Shown here: piece by piece, positions 1 to 8,962 of the stretch
Layout of the letters: the number at the start of each line of letters is the position of its first letter
Numbering within the stretch: the stretch's first letter is position 1
Source of the DNA: Spirochaetia bacterium
GTDB lineage: Bacteria > Spirochaetota > Spirochaetia > SZUA-6 > Bin103
Length of the DNA stretch: 64,000 nt
Assembly: GCA_965203905.1 (NCBI GenBank)
Contig: CBDBDQ010000005.1
Location: 5,312,001 to 5,376,000 of the forward strand
Reading direction: 5' to 3'
Program-made: the position numbers and the translations under genes
Notes under the pieces: model-generated
What the model was told of the DNA's origin: nothing
The model's input: the letters and a program-made list of their open reading frames with translations, nothing else
The model's database searches: none

Positions 1-886
1 GGGTCTCCGCTTCGACGTGCACGGTTACCTGGAAGCGGTCGCCGGGCCTGCCCGGATCGAGCCCGCCGGCCAGCGCGCTCTCGGCCACCAGCCCCAGCGC
101 ATCCGCACGCCGCTGCGCGATGCCCGCTTCTTCTCCCTCGGCCCCCGCCGGCACCTGCTCCAGCGCCGCCTCCAGGGCGCGCAGCACTACCGCGCCCACC
201 TCGGGAGTCAGCCGCGCCCGCAGCACCACCATACCATCCTCGTCCACCCGCGTGCTCAGCGCGCGTCGCGCCAGGCGCGCCTTCTCGGCGTCCGGCAACG
301 CCTCCCGGTCCGCCTGCCGCCACGCACGCACCAGGCGCTCCACCTGCGCGCCGGTGGCACAGCAGGCAATGGCGACCAGGTGCGCCTCGTTGTCGGGGGT
401 AGCCACCCGCGTCAGGCCGCGTACCACGGAATAGGACAGCCGGCCGCAGGCCATGGCCGCGGAAAGGTGGTTGAGATCGGCCAGGGCGGCGGCGACGCGC
501 AGCTTCTCGCGCGCGGCGCCCAGGTCGAGGCCGGTGCGCCAGTTGAGCCAGTGCGCACAGGAGCGGAAGCCCTCCCAGCCGTAATGGCAGTCGAACTCGC
601 GCAGGTAGCAAAGCAACTCGTAGGTGGCGGCCTGGATGCGCGCGGACAGCTCCGCGATGCAGTTGCCGAGCCGGCCCAGGTCGGGTGGTTGCTGCGGATC
701 GGACGGCGCCGGGCGCTCGCTGTCGGCGGCGGCGGGCGCGCTCACGGCACCGGCGGGCGGAGTCCCAGTTGTGACTGGCGCTTCCAACGTGGTGGCCGCC
801 GTGACCGCGGTCGGCTCGGTGGTCGCCGAGTCGGGCGAAGCTGTCGGGATCGGCGGGCAGGCAAGGGTGCTGGTGCGGGGTGTCAT
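1..886 (-). CDS. DUF222 / 13E12-repeat-family HNH endonuclease-like protein (3' part runs off the left edge)
   Basis: Translated manually from ATG 886 (absent from the ORF track because it has no stop in the window): MTPRTSTL...IAELSARIQAATYELLCYLREFD..GWEGFRSCAHWLNWRTGLDLGAAREKLRVAAAL..LSYSVVRGLTRVATPDNE, a typical DUF222 N-terminal domain. Confidence 0.85.
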   Translation of the reverse strand, partial: MTPRTSTLACPPIPTASPDSATTEPTAVTAATTLEAPVTTGTPPAGAVSAPAAADSERPAPSDPQQPPDLGRLGNCIAELSARIQAATYELLCYLREFDCHYGWEGFRSCAHWLNWRTGLDLGAAREKLRVAAALADLNHLSAAMACGRLSYSVVRGLTRVATPDNEAHLVAIACCATGAQVERLVRAWRQADREALPDAEKARLARRALSTRVDEDGMVVLRARLTPEVGAVVLRALEAALEQVPAGAEGEEAGIAQRRADALGLVAESALAGGLDPGRPGDRFQVTVHVEAET

Positions 887-892
887 GCCACC

Positions 893-1095
893 ATGGTACA
901 CCCGGTTTCCGGCGCCCCCGTGCTGGCCAGTGGACGAGCCGATCGTCCAATTTCGGCTTTCCGACCCGATAACGGGCGCGGCGTACCGACAGCGTGCGGT
1001 GAGGGCCGAAAAGAGACCATAGTCTGCAGGGTCGGGAACATGCCGAAGTCGCGCGCTCAGATCCATGTCAACCCCTTCAGCCAAAAAACAGCGAC
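893..1095 (-). promoter_or_regulatory. Hairpin-rich leader/promoter region upstream of the DUF222 gene
   Basis: TTGACA at 1071-1066 and TACCAT at 898-893; perfect hairpin TGGACGA-N5-TCGTCCA at 931-949 plus several shorter stems. Confidence 0.4.
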
Positions 1096-1299
1096 AATTT
1101 CAGCTATTCTCGCACCCTTTGGCGGCATGGTGATCTACGAACCGGACATCGTCAGATCGAATTCGGCTGGCATCGCAGAATCGGTGCGTCTCGGCTCCGC
1201 ACTGAGCTGCATTGTCGCGGCCCATCGGGGCGCGGCATGATCCGGGTGCGAGACAAGTCAAGCTCGACACGCCGATGCAGCATGACAGTCACGACGTCT

Positions 1300-2171
1300 A
1301 TCCGTTTGGAGCGGACGGCGCGCGACGTCGACGTGTGCGCGCTGCTGCCGCACGTCGCGGTGCGGGTGTACGTGATGGGCGCGCATGCCCTGGCGCTGGA
1401 ACGGCCACCGCGGACGACATCGCCCGGATGCGGGAGATCACCGCCGCCGCCGCGCGCGCGGGCGCGTTCGGGGTGTCGACCAGCCGCACCACCAGCCACC
1501 GGAGCCTGAACGGCGAGTTCATACCCACGCTGCGCGCCTACCAGGAGGAGCTCCAGGAGCTGGCGCTGGGGGTACGCGACGGCGGTCGCGGTCTGCTGGA
1601 AGTGGTCACCGAGTGGATCCCGCCGAACCCGGCCGAAGAGTTCGGGATGCTGTGCCGGATCGCCGAGCGCAGCGGCCGGCCGGTGCTCTACTCGCTCACC
1701 CAGTACCACGAACAGCCGGACGACTACCGCGTGATCCTCGGCCTCAACCGGCAGGCGGCGGCGCGCGGGGTGCCGATTCGCCCGGTGGTGGCGCCGCGTG
1801 CGATCGGGGGTGCTGCTCGGCCTGCAGGCCAGCCAGACGCCGTTCTCCGGTTGCCCCACCTTCCGGGCGCTGGCCGGCCTGCCGCTGCCCGCCCGCGTGG
1901 CCAGACTGCGCGACCCCGGGGTGCGCGCCGCCATCCTGGCGGAGGACCCGGTCAGGGACAGCACCTTCCCCCTGCTGCGTTCGAGCCGCCCCGTGTCGAG
2001 CACGACCTGCCGGCCGGCGGTTCCCGCCTGATGCAGGGCGCGCGCGGCTACCGCTGCACGGTGGTGGCAGGCCGGGTGACCTGGCGCGACGGCCAGCCCA
2101 CCGGCGTACTGCCCGGCAAGCTGGTGCGCGGCATGCGCGTGGCGGCCGCGACCGTTGACAAAGGTGGCTAA
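1300..2171 (+). pseudogene. N-acyl-D-amino-acid deacylase (amidohydrolase) remnant
   Basis: Homologous segments are spread over three frames (LLPHVAVRVYVMG / ATADDIARMREI..GVSTSRT..HRS / VLLGLQASQTPF..RLRDP / DLPAGGSRLMQGARGY..TGVLPGKLVRG); N-terminus and an internal block are missing. Confidence 0.8.
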
Positions 2172-2191
2172 CTTAGCTACTTATACCGGTT

Positions 2192-2497
2192 ATGAAATCT
2201 GTCGGCATCAAGGTACTCAAGGATAATCTCAGCAAGTATCTGAGGATGGTCCGCGACGGCGAGATCGTTCTGGTGACCGACCGCGACGAGGTGATCGCGG
2301 AGATCCAGAGCCCACAACGACTTGTCTCCGCCTCCGTGACGCGTTGGGACCTGTTTCTCAGACAGGAAGAGCGCCGCGGTAGTGTGCGGCGCGCGAAGGC
2401 CGGGCCGGTCCCCTCGATCGACGATCTCCGTAAGCTGCCACGTCCGGTCGAGAAGGTCGATCTCCAACGGTTGCTCGACCAGATCCGCGCGGATTGA
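2192..2497 (+). CDS. Phd/YefM-family antitoxin
   Basis: MKSVGIKVLKDNLSKYLRMVRDGEIVLVTDRDEVIAEI; overlaps the downstream PIN gene. Confidence 0.85.
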   Translation: MKSVGIKVLKDNLSKYLRMVRDGEIVLVTDRDEVIAEIQSPQRLVSASVTRWDLFLRQEERRGSVRRAKAGPVPSIDDLRKLPRPVEKVDLQRLLDQIRAD

Positions 2498-2961
2498 TGA
2501 TCTGCTACTTCGATACCAGCTTCATACTCTCTGCCGTGCTGGAGGAGCGCCCGCAGGAAGACCATGCCGCTTGGGACCAGGCCAGCGAGCGGCTGGCGTC
2601 TGACCTGCTGCGCTTCGAGTGTTGGGCGGGTCTGCGACAGGCCGCGCTGCTGGAGCCCAACGCCGGGCGCGACGCATGGACCTCCGCCCGCGGTACTCAG
2701 ATCGACCGGTTCCTGGACAAGATGACATTCAAGTCCATCGACGACGCGATAGAACGGATAGTCCGTGGCGAGAGTGGACTGGCAGGCTGCCGGACCCTGG
2801 ATGCCATCCACGTCGCGACGGCGCTCTACTTTGCGCCTCATCTTGACCAACCGCTGATCATCTGTAGCTTCGATCGGCGGCTGCGCAGTGTAGCTGAGGG
2901 ACTGAAGTTGCAGACTCACCCGAGACTCGGCGACGGCGCCGAGGAGGAGGCCGGAGGATAG
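2494..2961 (+). CDS. vapC: VapC/PIN-domain toxin
   Basis: YFDTSFIL, RTLDAIHVATAL and SFDRRL PIN motifs; translationally coupled to the antitoxin. Confidence 0.85.
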   Translation: MMICYFDTSFILSAVLEERPQEDHAAWDQASERLASDLLRFECWAGLRQAALLEPNAGRDAWTSARGTQIDRFLDKMTFKSIDDAIERIVRGESGLAGCRTLDAIHVATALYFAPHLDQPLIICSFDRRLRSVAEGLKLQTHPRLGDGAEEEAGG

Positions 2962-3037
2962 CTCGTAGAGCGGCGATCGCGAAACCGGACACAGGCACAC
3001 AGCGCTCGACGCGGGCCTGTGGGTATGCTGTGGTGGA

Positions 3038-3874
3038 ATGGAAGTTAGCGAAGGAGCAGTACGAGTGGCGTCACAATGCAGACGATTCGAGGGAAAGTCG
3101 GCCCTGGTGACTGGCGGTGCCAATGGCTTCGGACGCGCGACCGTGCATCGACTGGTCGACGAGGGACTGGATCAGGTCATTATCGTCGACCGTGACGGTG
3201 CGGCGGCCGCCGCCGAGGTCGAGAAGGTCAGAGCGAACGGCGGCCGCGGATTCGCCATCGAGTGCGACGTGTCGGACGTGGGGGCCGTCGAGGAGATGGC
3301 ACGCGAGGTCGCGTCCCGTTGCGAACGGCTGCATGTCCTGGTCAACAGCGCGGGGATCAGCGGAAGCAGTCAGGGGCGGCTCGAAGGCGACTTCCTGCCC
3401 ACGTGGGACGCGGTGATGAACGTCAACCTGCGCGGTACCGTGCTGGTGGCACGGGCGCTGCTCCCGCTGTTGAAGATGGGCGGCGGAGCGATCGTCAATA
3501 TCTCTTCCGACGGCGGCCACTGCGGCCGGCGCGGCGCCCTGGTGTATGACGCAAGCAAGGCCGGTGTGGCTCAGGCCACCAAGTCGATGGCCTGTGAATT
3601 GGTCGACTACGGCATTCGGGTCAACGACGTGGCGCCCGGATATGCCATCACCGAGTTCCACTTCGCGCACGCCCCGGATCCCGCCGCTCGCAAGCGGGAG
3701 CTGGAGGAGATGCAGCCGGATTCCTGTCTCATGCAGCGTCTGGCGCGGCCGCACGAAGTGGCTGCGGGCATCGCGTTCCTGGCCAGCGAGGACGCCTCGT
3801 TCGTCACCGGCACCACGCTCTGCATCGACGGTGGCCGAGTCGGCCTCGACACCCGCAGGCCGGCCCAGACGTAA
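3038..3874 (+). CDS. SDR family NAD(P)-dependent oxidoreductase
   Basis: TGGANGFG, VNSAG, NISS, YDASK, IDGG motifs. Confidence 0.92.
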   Translation: MEVSEGAVRVASQCRRFEGKSALVTGGANGFGRATVHRLVDEGLDQVIIVDRDGAAAAAEVEKVRANGGRGFAIECDVSDVGAVEEMAREVASRCERLHVLVNSAGISGSSQGRLEGDFLPTWDAVMNVNLRGTVLVARALLPLLKMGGGAIVNISSDGGHCGRRGALVYDASKAGVAQATKSMACELVDYGIRVNDVAPGYAITEFHFAHAPDPAARKRELEEMQPDSCLMQRLARPHEVAAGIAFLASEDASFVTGTTLCIDGGRVGLDTRRPAQT

Positions 3875-3965
3875 TCACTCGAAGTCCCGCAGAGCACGAT
3901 CCATCGCGTCGGCCTGCTCACGCGTCCAACTGCCGATGAAGTAATCCAGCGACGATCCGACGGTG
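3875..3965 (-). pseudogene. C-terminal remnant of a VapB-like antitoxin
   Basis: SSLDYFIGSWTREQADAMDRALRDFE* resembles the L..L.GTW..E.A..F...L..FE tail of small antitoxins; the 5' part is replaced by the truncated ABC gene. Confidence 0.45.
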
Positions 3966-4967
3966 CCGCTCGCGCCGTGCTCGGCGGCGAGACCGGCACC
4001 GCGCCGGAGGAGGCCCAGCAGCGCGCTCGTTCTCGGCGACCACCTGGTGCTGGCGGGGGCCATTACCGTCGGCTCGGTGTTCGCAACCGTGCGGCTGTTG
4101 GATCTCATTATGAGGCCGTTGGAGACGATCAATCGGCAGGCGGCGAGCATTGCAAAGGCGCTGGCCAGCACGAGTCGGATCGAGTCCCTCCTGGAGGGCA
4201 GCCGCCCGGCCTCGGCACAGTCGGCGGGCACCCGGATCAGCAGCGCTCCAAGGATCGGGTTGCAGGGCGTGAGTTTCGCATACCCGGACGGAACCACGGC
4301 GCTTTCCGGCATCAGCTTCGAGCTGGCAGCGGGAGGATCGCTGGGGATTGCGGGCGCCACCGGGAGCGGGAAGTCGACCCTGTTGGCGTTGCTGTCCCGA
4401 ATCAATGCGGCGGACGAGGGCTCGGTTACCCTGGATGGGATCGATATCGGCCGCTACGCGGCGGAGGATTTCGGGTGCAGCGTAGTCAGCATCGGTCAGT
4501 CACCGTGGGTATTCCACGGAACGGTTCGCGACAACATCCGCATCTTTGCGGATGTCGAGGCTGCTGGGCTCAAGCGCGTTGTTCAAAGACTCAATTTCGA
4601 GAGTTGGATATCGACACTCTCGCGTGGCCTCGATACGGAGATTTCCCCCGACAGCGTGTCGCGCGGTGAGCAACAGTTGATCGCCGTTGCCAGGGCATTC
4701 GTCAGCGATCCTGCGCTGGTGCTGCTGGACGAACCTACCGGCGCACTGGATGGCGTAACGGCCGCCAGCGTCGCCGAGGCGGCGTTGGCCTTGCGTGGCG
4801 GCCGCACCACCGTGATCGCGTCGCACGACCTTGGGCTGCTCGACCGGATGGACAACATCGTGGTGCTCGCGCGCGGCAGGATCGTCGAGATGGGATCGCC
4901 TCGGGCTCTGAAGGCGCAACCGGGATCCGCCTACTACCGCATGATCAGGACGCGAGTCATCTCTTGA
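3963..4967 (+). pseudogene. ABC exporter ATPase/permease, N-terminally truncated
   Basis: Only the last TM helix (ITVGSVFA) precedes the NBD (GATGSGKST, SRGEQQLIAVARA, LLDEPT); no convincing start codon. Confidence 0.7.
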
Positions 4968-6673
4968 CTGGGCCGCTGTGTGCCACCGTCGCCAGCTTCG
5001 TGCGGCTGCGATTCGGCCTCTATGTTCTGTGCATCGGCATGGCCGGCATCATCTTCTATTTGCTGCCGCTGCTGCCCGGGCCTGTCCTGAAGCTGGCGTT
5101 CGACGGGCTGGCCGCCGGCCAATCACGAGCCGTGACGGCGGCCGCTGCCGCCCTCGTGCTGGTCGAAACGGTGCGCGTCATCTCGCTGTGCCTGTCGAAT
5201 CTGGCCATCACGAGTTTGGGTTACCGCATCACCAACGACGTCCGGCAGACCGTGTTGGGCCGCCTCTACGCCGACCCTGGCGCGGCGGTGTCGGGCGCAC
5301 GCTGGCTGCATCGCCTGTCGACGGATGCGGAGGCGGTCAGCCGCTTCGTGGCGAGCACCTACGGCCCGGTGGGACAGGTGTTCGCAATCGGCGTAGCCGT
5401 CGCCGTCCTCGCGAACGTGGACTACCGCATGAGCGTAGCCGCGATCCTCCCGGTGCTTATCGTCGCCATTGGCGGCCGGGCGCTCGGCAAGTGGGTGCGC
5501 CGCACGCAGGTACGAGAACGGACGGCCAGCGACCGCTTGATCACTTGGCTGGCCGACGTATTTCGCGGTATCGCCGCGGTAAGGCGCGGGATGCCAAGCC
5601 GGATACTGGCGCGCTTGGAACAGCTCTCGGCGGGGCGCGCGCAGGCCGCCCGGACAGCAGCCATCGCACAGTCCATGCTGGAGCATCTCTTTGCAGCAGT
5701 TGCGTATTGGGCCACCGCCGGGATGGCGCTGGTGGCCGCGACGATGCTCTCCGGCACCGGCGAGTCAGCGGGGGAGCTGGCATTGTTCGTGTCGTACGTC
5801 GCATGGATGTGCCGGGTCGCGGCAGAGACGGCCTCGTTCCTGTCGCAGGCGGCCGCGACCGAAGTGGCGCTCGGTCGGCTGGGCCTTGGACCCGGTAGCG
5901 TTGCACGTCCAGGCGGCGAGGTGCCGGCGCCCGGCGGTGACTGGCGGCCGGGCGACGAGCTGCGCGCGATCGAGCTCGATGGGATATACGTGTCGCCGGA
6001 GGGAGAAGAGCAACTCAGAGATGTCTCGTTCGCCGTGGAACGCGGCTCACTGGTCGTGGTCACCGGCCGGGTAGGGGCCGGCAAGTCGACGTTGATCGGC
6101 TGCCTCGCAGGGTTCGAGGACGTTACGGCGGGCGAAGTACGCTGGAACGGACGCCCGATCGTGATTGGCGGTCACGCCTCCCGCCCTCCGTGCATGGCGT
6201 TCCTGCTGCCGCGGCCGTTCATCTTCGCTGGATCGGTCGGTGACAACATCCTGCTGGGACGCGGGGAGTCGGAGGACGCGCGGGAAGCGCTGCGACAAGC
6301 GCAGTTCGACCTGGCGGCGGAGGGAATGGTACGCGGCCTCGCAACCAGAGTCGGCGCGAACGGATCGAAGCTTTCGGGCGGCCAGAGTCGCCGGCTGGCG
6401 TTGGCGCGGGCCCTGTCCAAGCGAGCCCAGATGTACGTCCTCGACGAACCGACTACCGGGCTGGACGTCGAAACCGAGCGCCGGCTCATGACGGGACTTC
6501 GAGCCAGCAATACGACGGCTATCATCGCTTCGTCGAGCCCTGGGGTGCTCCGGTTTGCCGATCAGGTCGTGCTGCTGTCCGGCGGCACCGTCCGAGCGGT
6601 CGGTTCGGTGGCGGAGCTGCGCGCGAGCTCGGAGGAGTTCCGACGCCTGCTACTGGGCGCGGGTCAGAAATGA
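4964..6673 (+). CDS. ABC exporter permease/ATPase (partner subunit of a heterodimer)
   Basis: TM domain plus GRVGAGKST, LSGGQ, VLDEPT; H-switch appears replaced (IIASSS). Confidence 0.85.
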   Translation: MTGPLCATVASFVRLRFGLYVLCIGMAGIIFYLLPLLPGPVLKLAFDGLAAGQSRAVTAAAAALVLVETVRVISLCLSNLAITSLGYRITNDVRQTVLGRLYADPGAAVSGARWLHRLSTDAEAVSRFVASTYGPVGQVFAIGVAVAVLANVDYRMSVAAILPVLIVAIGGRALGKWVRRTQVRERTASDRLITWLADVFRGIAAVRRGMPSRILARLEQLSAGRAQAARTAAIAQSMLEHLFAAVAYWATAGMALVAATMLSGTGESAGELALFVSYVAWMCRVAAETASFLSQAAATEVALGRLGLGPGSVARPGGEVPAPGGDWRPGDELRAIELDGIYVSPEGEEQLRDVSFAVERGSLVVVTGRVGAGKSTLIGCLAGFEDVTAGEVRWNGRPIVIGGHASRPPCMAFLLPRPFIFAGSVGDNILLGRGESEDAREALRQAQFDLAAEGMVRGLATRVGANGSKLSGGQSRRLALARALSKRAQMYVLDEPTTGLDVETERRLMTGLRASNTTAIIASSSPGVLRFADQVVLLSGGTVRAVGSVAELRASSEEFRRLLLGAGQK

Positions 6674-6824
6674 CTGGCCGCTGGTCAAGCCGGTCGCGGC
6701 AGGGCAGGTCCGCTGGCGCGCGCGTGGAGATTTTGACAGCGGCGCAGCCCGGCTACTATGCTATCCGACCCGTGGGCGTCTGTTGGCGCATGACCGGCGT
6801 TGACCTCGCCCGAAGGAGGCCAGC

Positions 6825-8135
6825 ATGGCAAAGGTTGTCATCATTGGGGCGGGCAGCGGCTTTGGCAGCCGGCTGTCGATCGATATTCTGGCGCGGCCCA
6901 GCCTTGCCGACTCCACCATCGCCCTGTGCGACATCCACGAGGGGCGGCTGCGCCAGGTGCACGACTACGTGCAGCGCGCCATCGACGTGCACGGGCTGCC
7001 GGGCAGGGTGGTGGCCGGCACCTGCCGCGAGGAACTGCTGCCGGAGGCCGACTGCGTGGTGACCGCGGTCTCGGTGGGCGGCCCCGCGTACTGGGGCGAG
7101 CCCTACCGGTCGGAGGTGGAGATCCCGCTTCGCTACGGCGTGGTGCAGACGGTGGCCGATACCGTCGGGGTGGGCGGCGTGTTCCGCTTCCTGCGCACCG
7201 CCGGCCAGCATCTGCAGTTCGCACGCGACATGGAGCGGCTGTGTCCCGACGCCATCATGCTCAACTACACCAACCCGATGTGCATGTTGACCTGGCTGCA
7301 CTCGGTCGGCTCCTCGGTCCACAACGTGGGGTTGTGCCACAGCGTGCAGAGCACGACCAAGAAGCTGGCCGGGGCGGTCGGCGCCGCGTACGAGGAGGTC
7401 AGCTACCTGGTGGCCGGGATCAACCACCAGGCGTGGGTGCTGAAGCTGCGCCGCGGCAAGCAGGACCTGTATCCCCGGCTGCGGGAGATCCTCGACACCC
7501 ACGAGGCGTTCGCCGAGGACCGCGTGCGCGCCGAGATGACGCGCCAGTTCGGCTACTTCGTTACCGAGAGCACGCGCCACAACTCCGAGTACCTGCCTTA
7601 CTTCAACCGCACCCCGGAGCTGCGCGAGCAGTACGGCGTGGTCGGAACGGCGCCGGTCCCGATGGAGAACACGCGGGTGCGCGCATGGATGAAGGATAGC
7701 GGTGTCGACTCCGCGGGCGACGAAGAGATCCCGCCGCTGGCGCCCTCCCACGAGTACGCCTCGATGATCATCGAAGCGCGCCTCATCGGCACGCCCTTCG
7801 CCTTCAACGGCAACGTGATGAACCACGGCTCGATCACCAACCTGCCCGACCGCTGCTGCGTGGAGGTGCCGTGCCTGGCGGACGCGGAGGGGATCCATCC
7901 CACCTACGTGGGAGCCCTTCCGGCGCAGTGCGCGGCGATGAACATGAGCAACATCGCGGTGCAGGAGCTGGCGGTGCAGGCGGTGCTGGAACGCGACCGG
8001 GAGGCGGCCTTCCACGCCTGCGCGCTCGACCCGCTGACCGCGGCGGTGGTTCCGCTGCCGCGGATCAGGGAGATGTTCGAAGAGCTGTGGGCCGCGGAAG
8101 GCGACCGGCTGGCATACTTCGACCAGGAGGAATGA
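6825..8135 (+). CDS. melA: GH4 NAD-dependent alpha-galactosidase
   Basis: IIGAGSGF, QTVADTVGVGG, LNYTNP, GLCHSVQ, AGINH, TESTRHNSEYLPYF; GGAGG RBS. Confidence 0.9.
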   Translation: MAKVVIIGAGSGFGSRLSIDILARPSLADSTIALCDIHEGRLRQVHDYVQRAIDVHGLPGRVVAGTCREELLPEADCVVTAVSVGGPAYWGEPYRSEVEIPLRYGVVQTVADTVGVGGVFRFLRTAGQHLQFARDMERLCPDAIMLNYTNPMCMLTWLHSVGSSVHNVGLCHSVQSTTKKLAGAVGAAYEEVSYLVAGINHQAWVLKLRRGKQDLYPRLREILDTHEAFAEDRVRAEMTRQFGYFVTESTRHNSEYLPYFNRTPELREQYGVVGTAPVPMENTRVRAWMKDSGVDSAGDEEIPPLAPSHEYASMIIEARLIGTPFAFNGNVMNHGSITNLPDRCCVEVPCLADAEGIHPTYVGALPAQCAAMNMSNIAVQELAVQAVLERDREAAFHACALDPLTAAVVPLPRIREMFEELWAAEGDRLAYFDQEE

Positions 8136-8950
8136 GCATGCGGATAGCCCACGTACGGCGTGAGGAGATGGTGCTCGGCGTCAGTCACGAGGGCGCCGGG
8201 CCCAGCTACTTCAAGAGCTGTTTCGATAGTGACCTGGAGAAGCCGTGGAACTTCATCCACGCGGTGTTCTTTCCGCCCGGCAGCGGCATCGGCCACCACA
8301 CCCATACCCACGCCGAGGAGATCTTCGTCAGCGTCGACAACGCGATGCAATTCACCCACAACGGGCGTACCGCGGAGGTGGTTGGCGGCGCCGCGGTGCC
8401 GCTGCGTTCCGGCGAGTCTCACGGCATCTACAACCACACCGACCGCGATACCCTGTTCTTCAACTTCCAGTGCTTCGACAACACCCGTGAGCCGAGCTCC
8501 GAGGACTTCGGCGACAACCGCGTGGGCGTACCCCTGGAATCCACCGATCGACTGCCGGTCGGGCGCTTCGACCGCTCGCTGCTGGCGCCGGTGCGCTGCC
8601 ATGGAGGCAGGGGCGAGGTGGGATTCCGCGAAGTGTGGGGCACGCGCGATTTCTCCACAAACTTCGAGTACCTGAGCCACCTGCTGCTGCCGCCGGGCGC
8701 CTCCGTCGGCTATCACCGGCATGACGGCGTCCAGGAGGCCTACATAATCATGAGCGGGAGCGGACGGGTGACGGTGGATGAGGAGACCGCGGAGGTGGGG
8801 CGCGGCGACGTGATTCCCAACCGCCTGGGCGGCGCGCACGGCATCTTCAACCACGGCCCCGCCGACCTGGAGCTGTTCGTAGTCGGCGTCAGCCGCAGCA
8901 AGGGACAGGTGGACGCCACCGACCTGGGAGACGACCTGGCGGCCCGATAG
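8132..8950 (+). CDS. Two-domain cupin protein
   Basis: Two cupin motifs (GHHTHTHAEE..HGIYN and GYHRHDGVQE..HGIFN); ATGA-coupled to the GH4 gene. Confidence 0.85.
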   Translation: MSMRIAHVRREEMVLGVSHEGAGPSYFKSCFDSDLEKPWNFIHAVFFPPGSGIGHHTHTHAEEIFVSVDNAMQFTHNGRTAEVVGGAAVPLRSGESHGIYNHTDRDTLFFNFQCFDNTREPSSEDFGDNRVGVPLESTDRLPVGRFDRSLLAPVRCHGGRGEVGFREVWGTRDFSTNFEYLSHLLLPPGASVGYHRHDGVQEAYIIMSGSGRVTVDEETAEVGRGDVIPNRLGGAHGIFNHGPADLELFVVGVSRSKGQVDATDLGDDLAAR

Positions 8951-8962
8951 ACTGGTCCGCCG

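Noticed and set aside
1066-1076. GTCAACCCC as the start of an IscB omega/HEARO RNA
   Set aside because: No matching GGGG..TTGAC closing arm, and the neighbouring protein lacks PLMP/RuvC motifs; better explained as a reverse-strand -35 box
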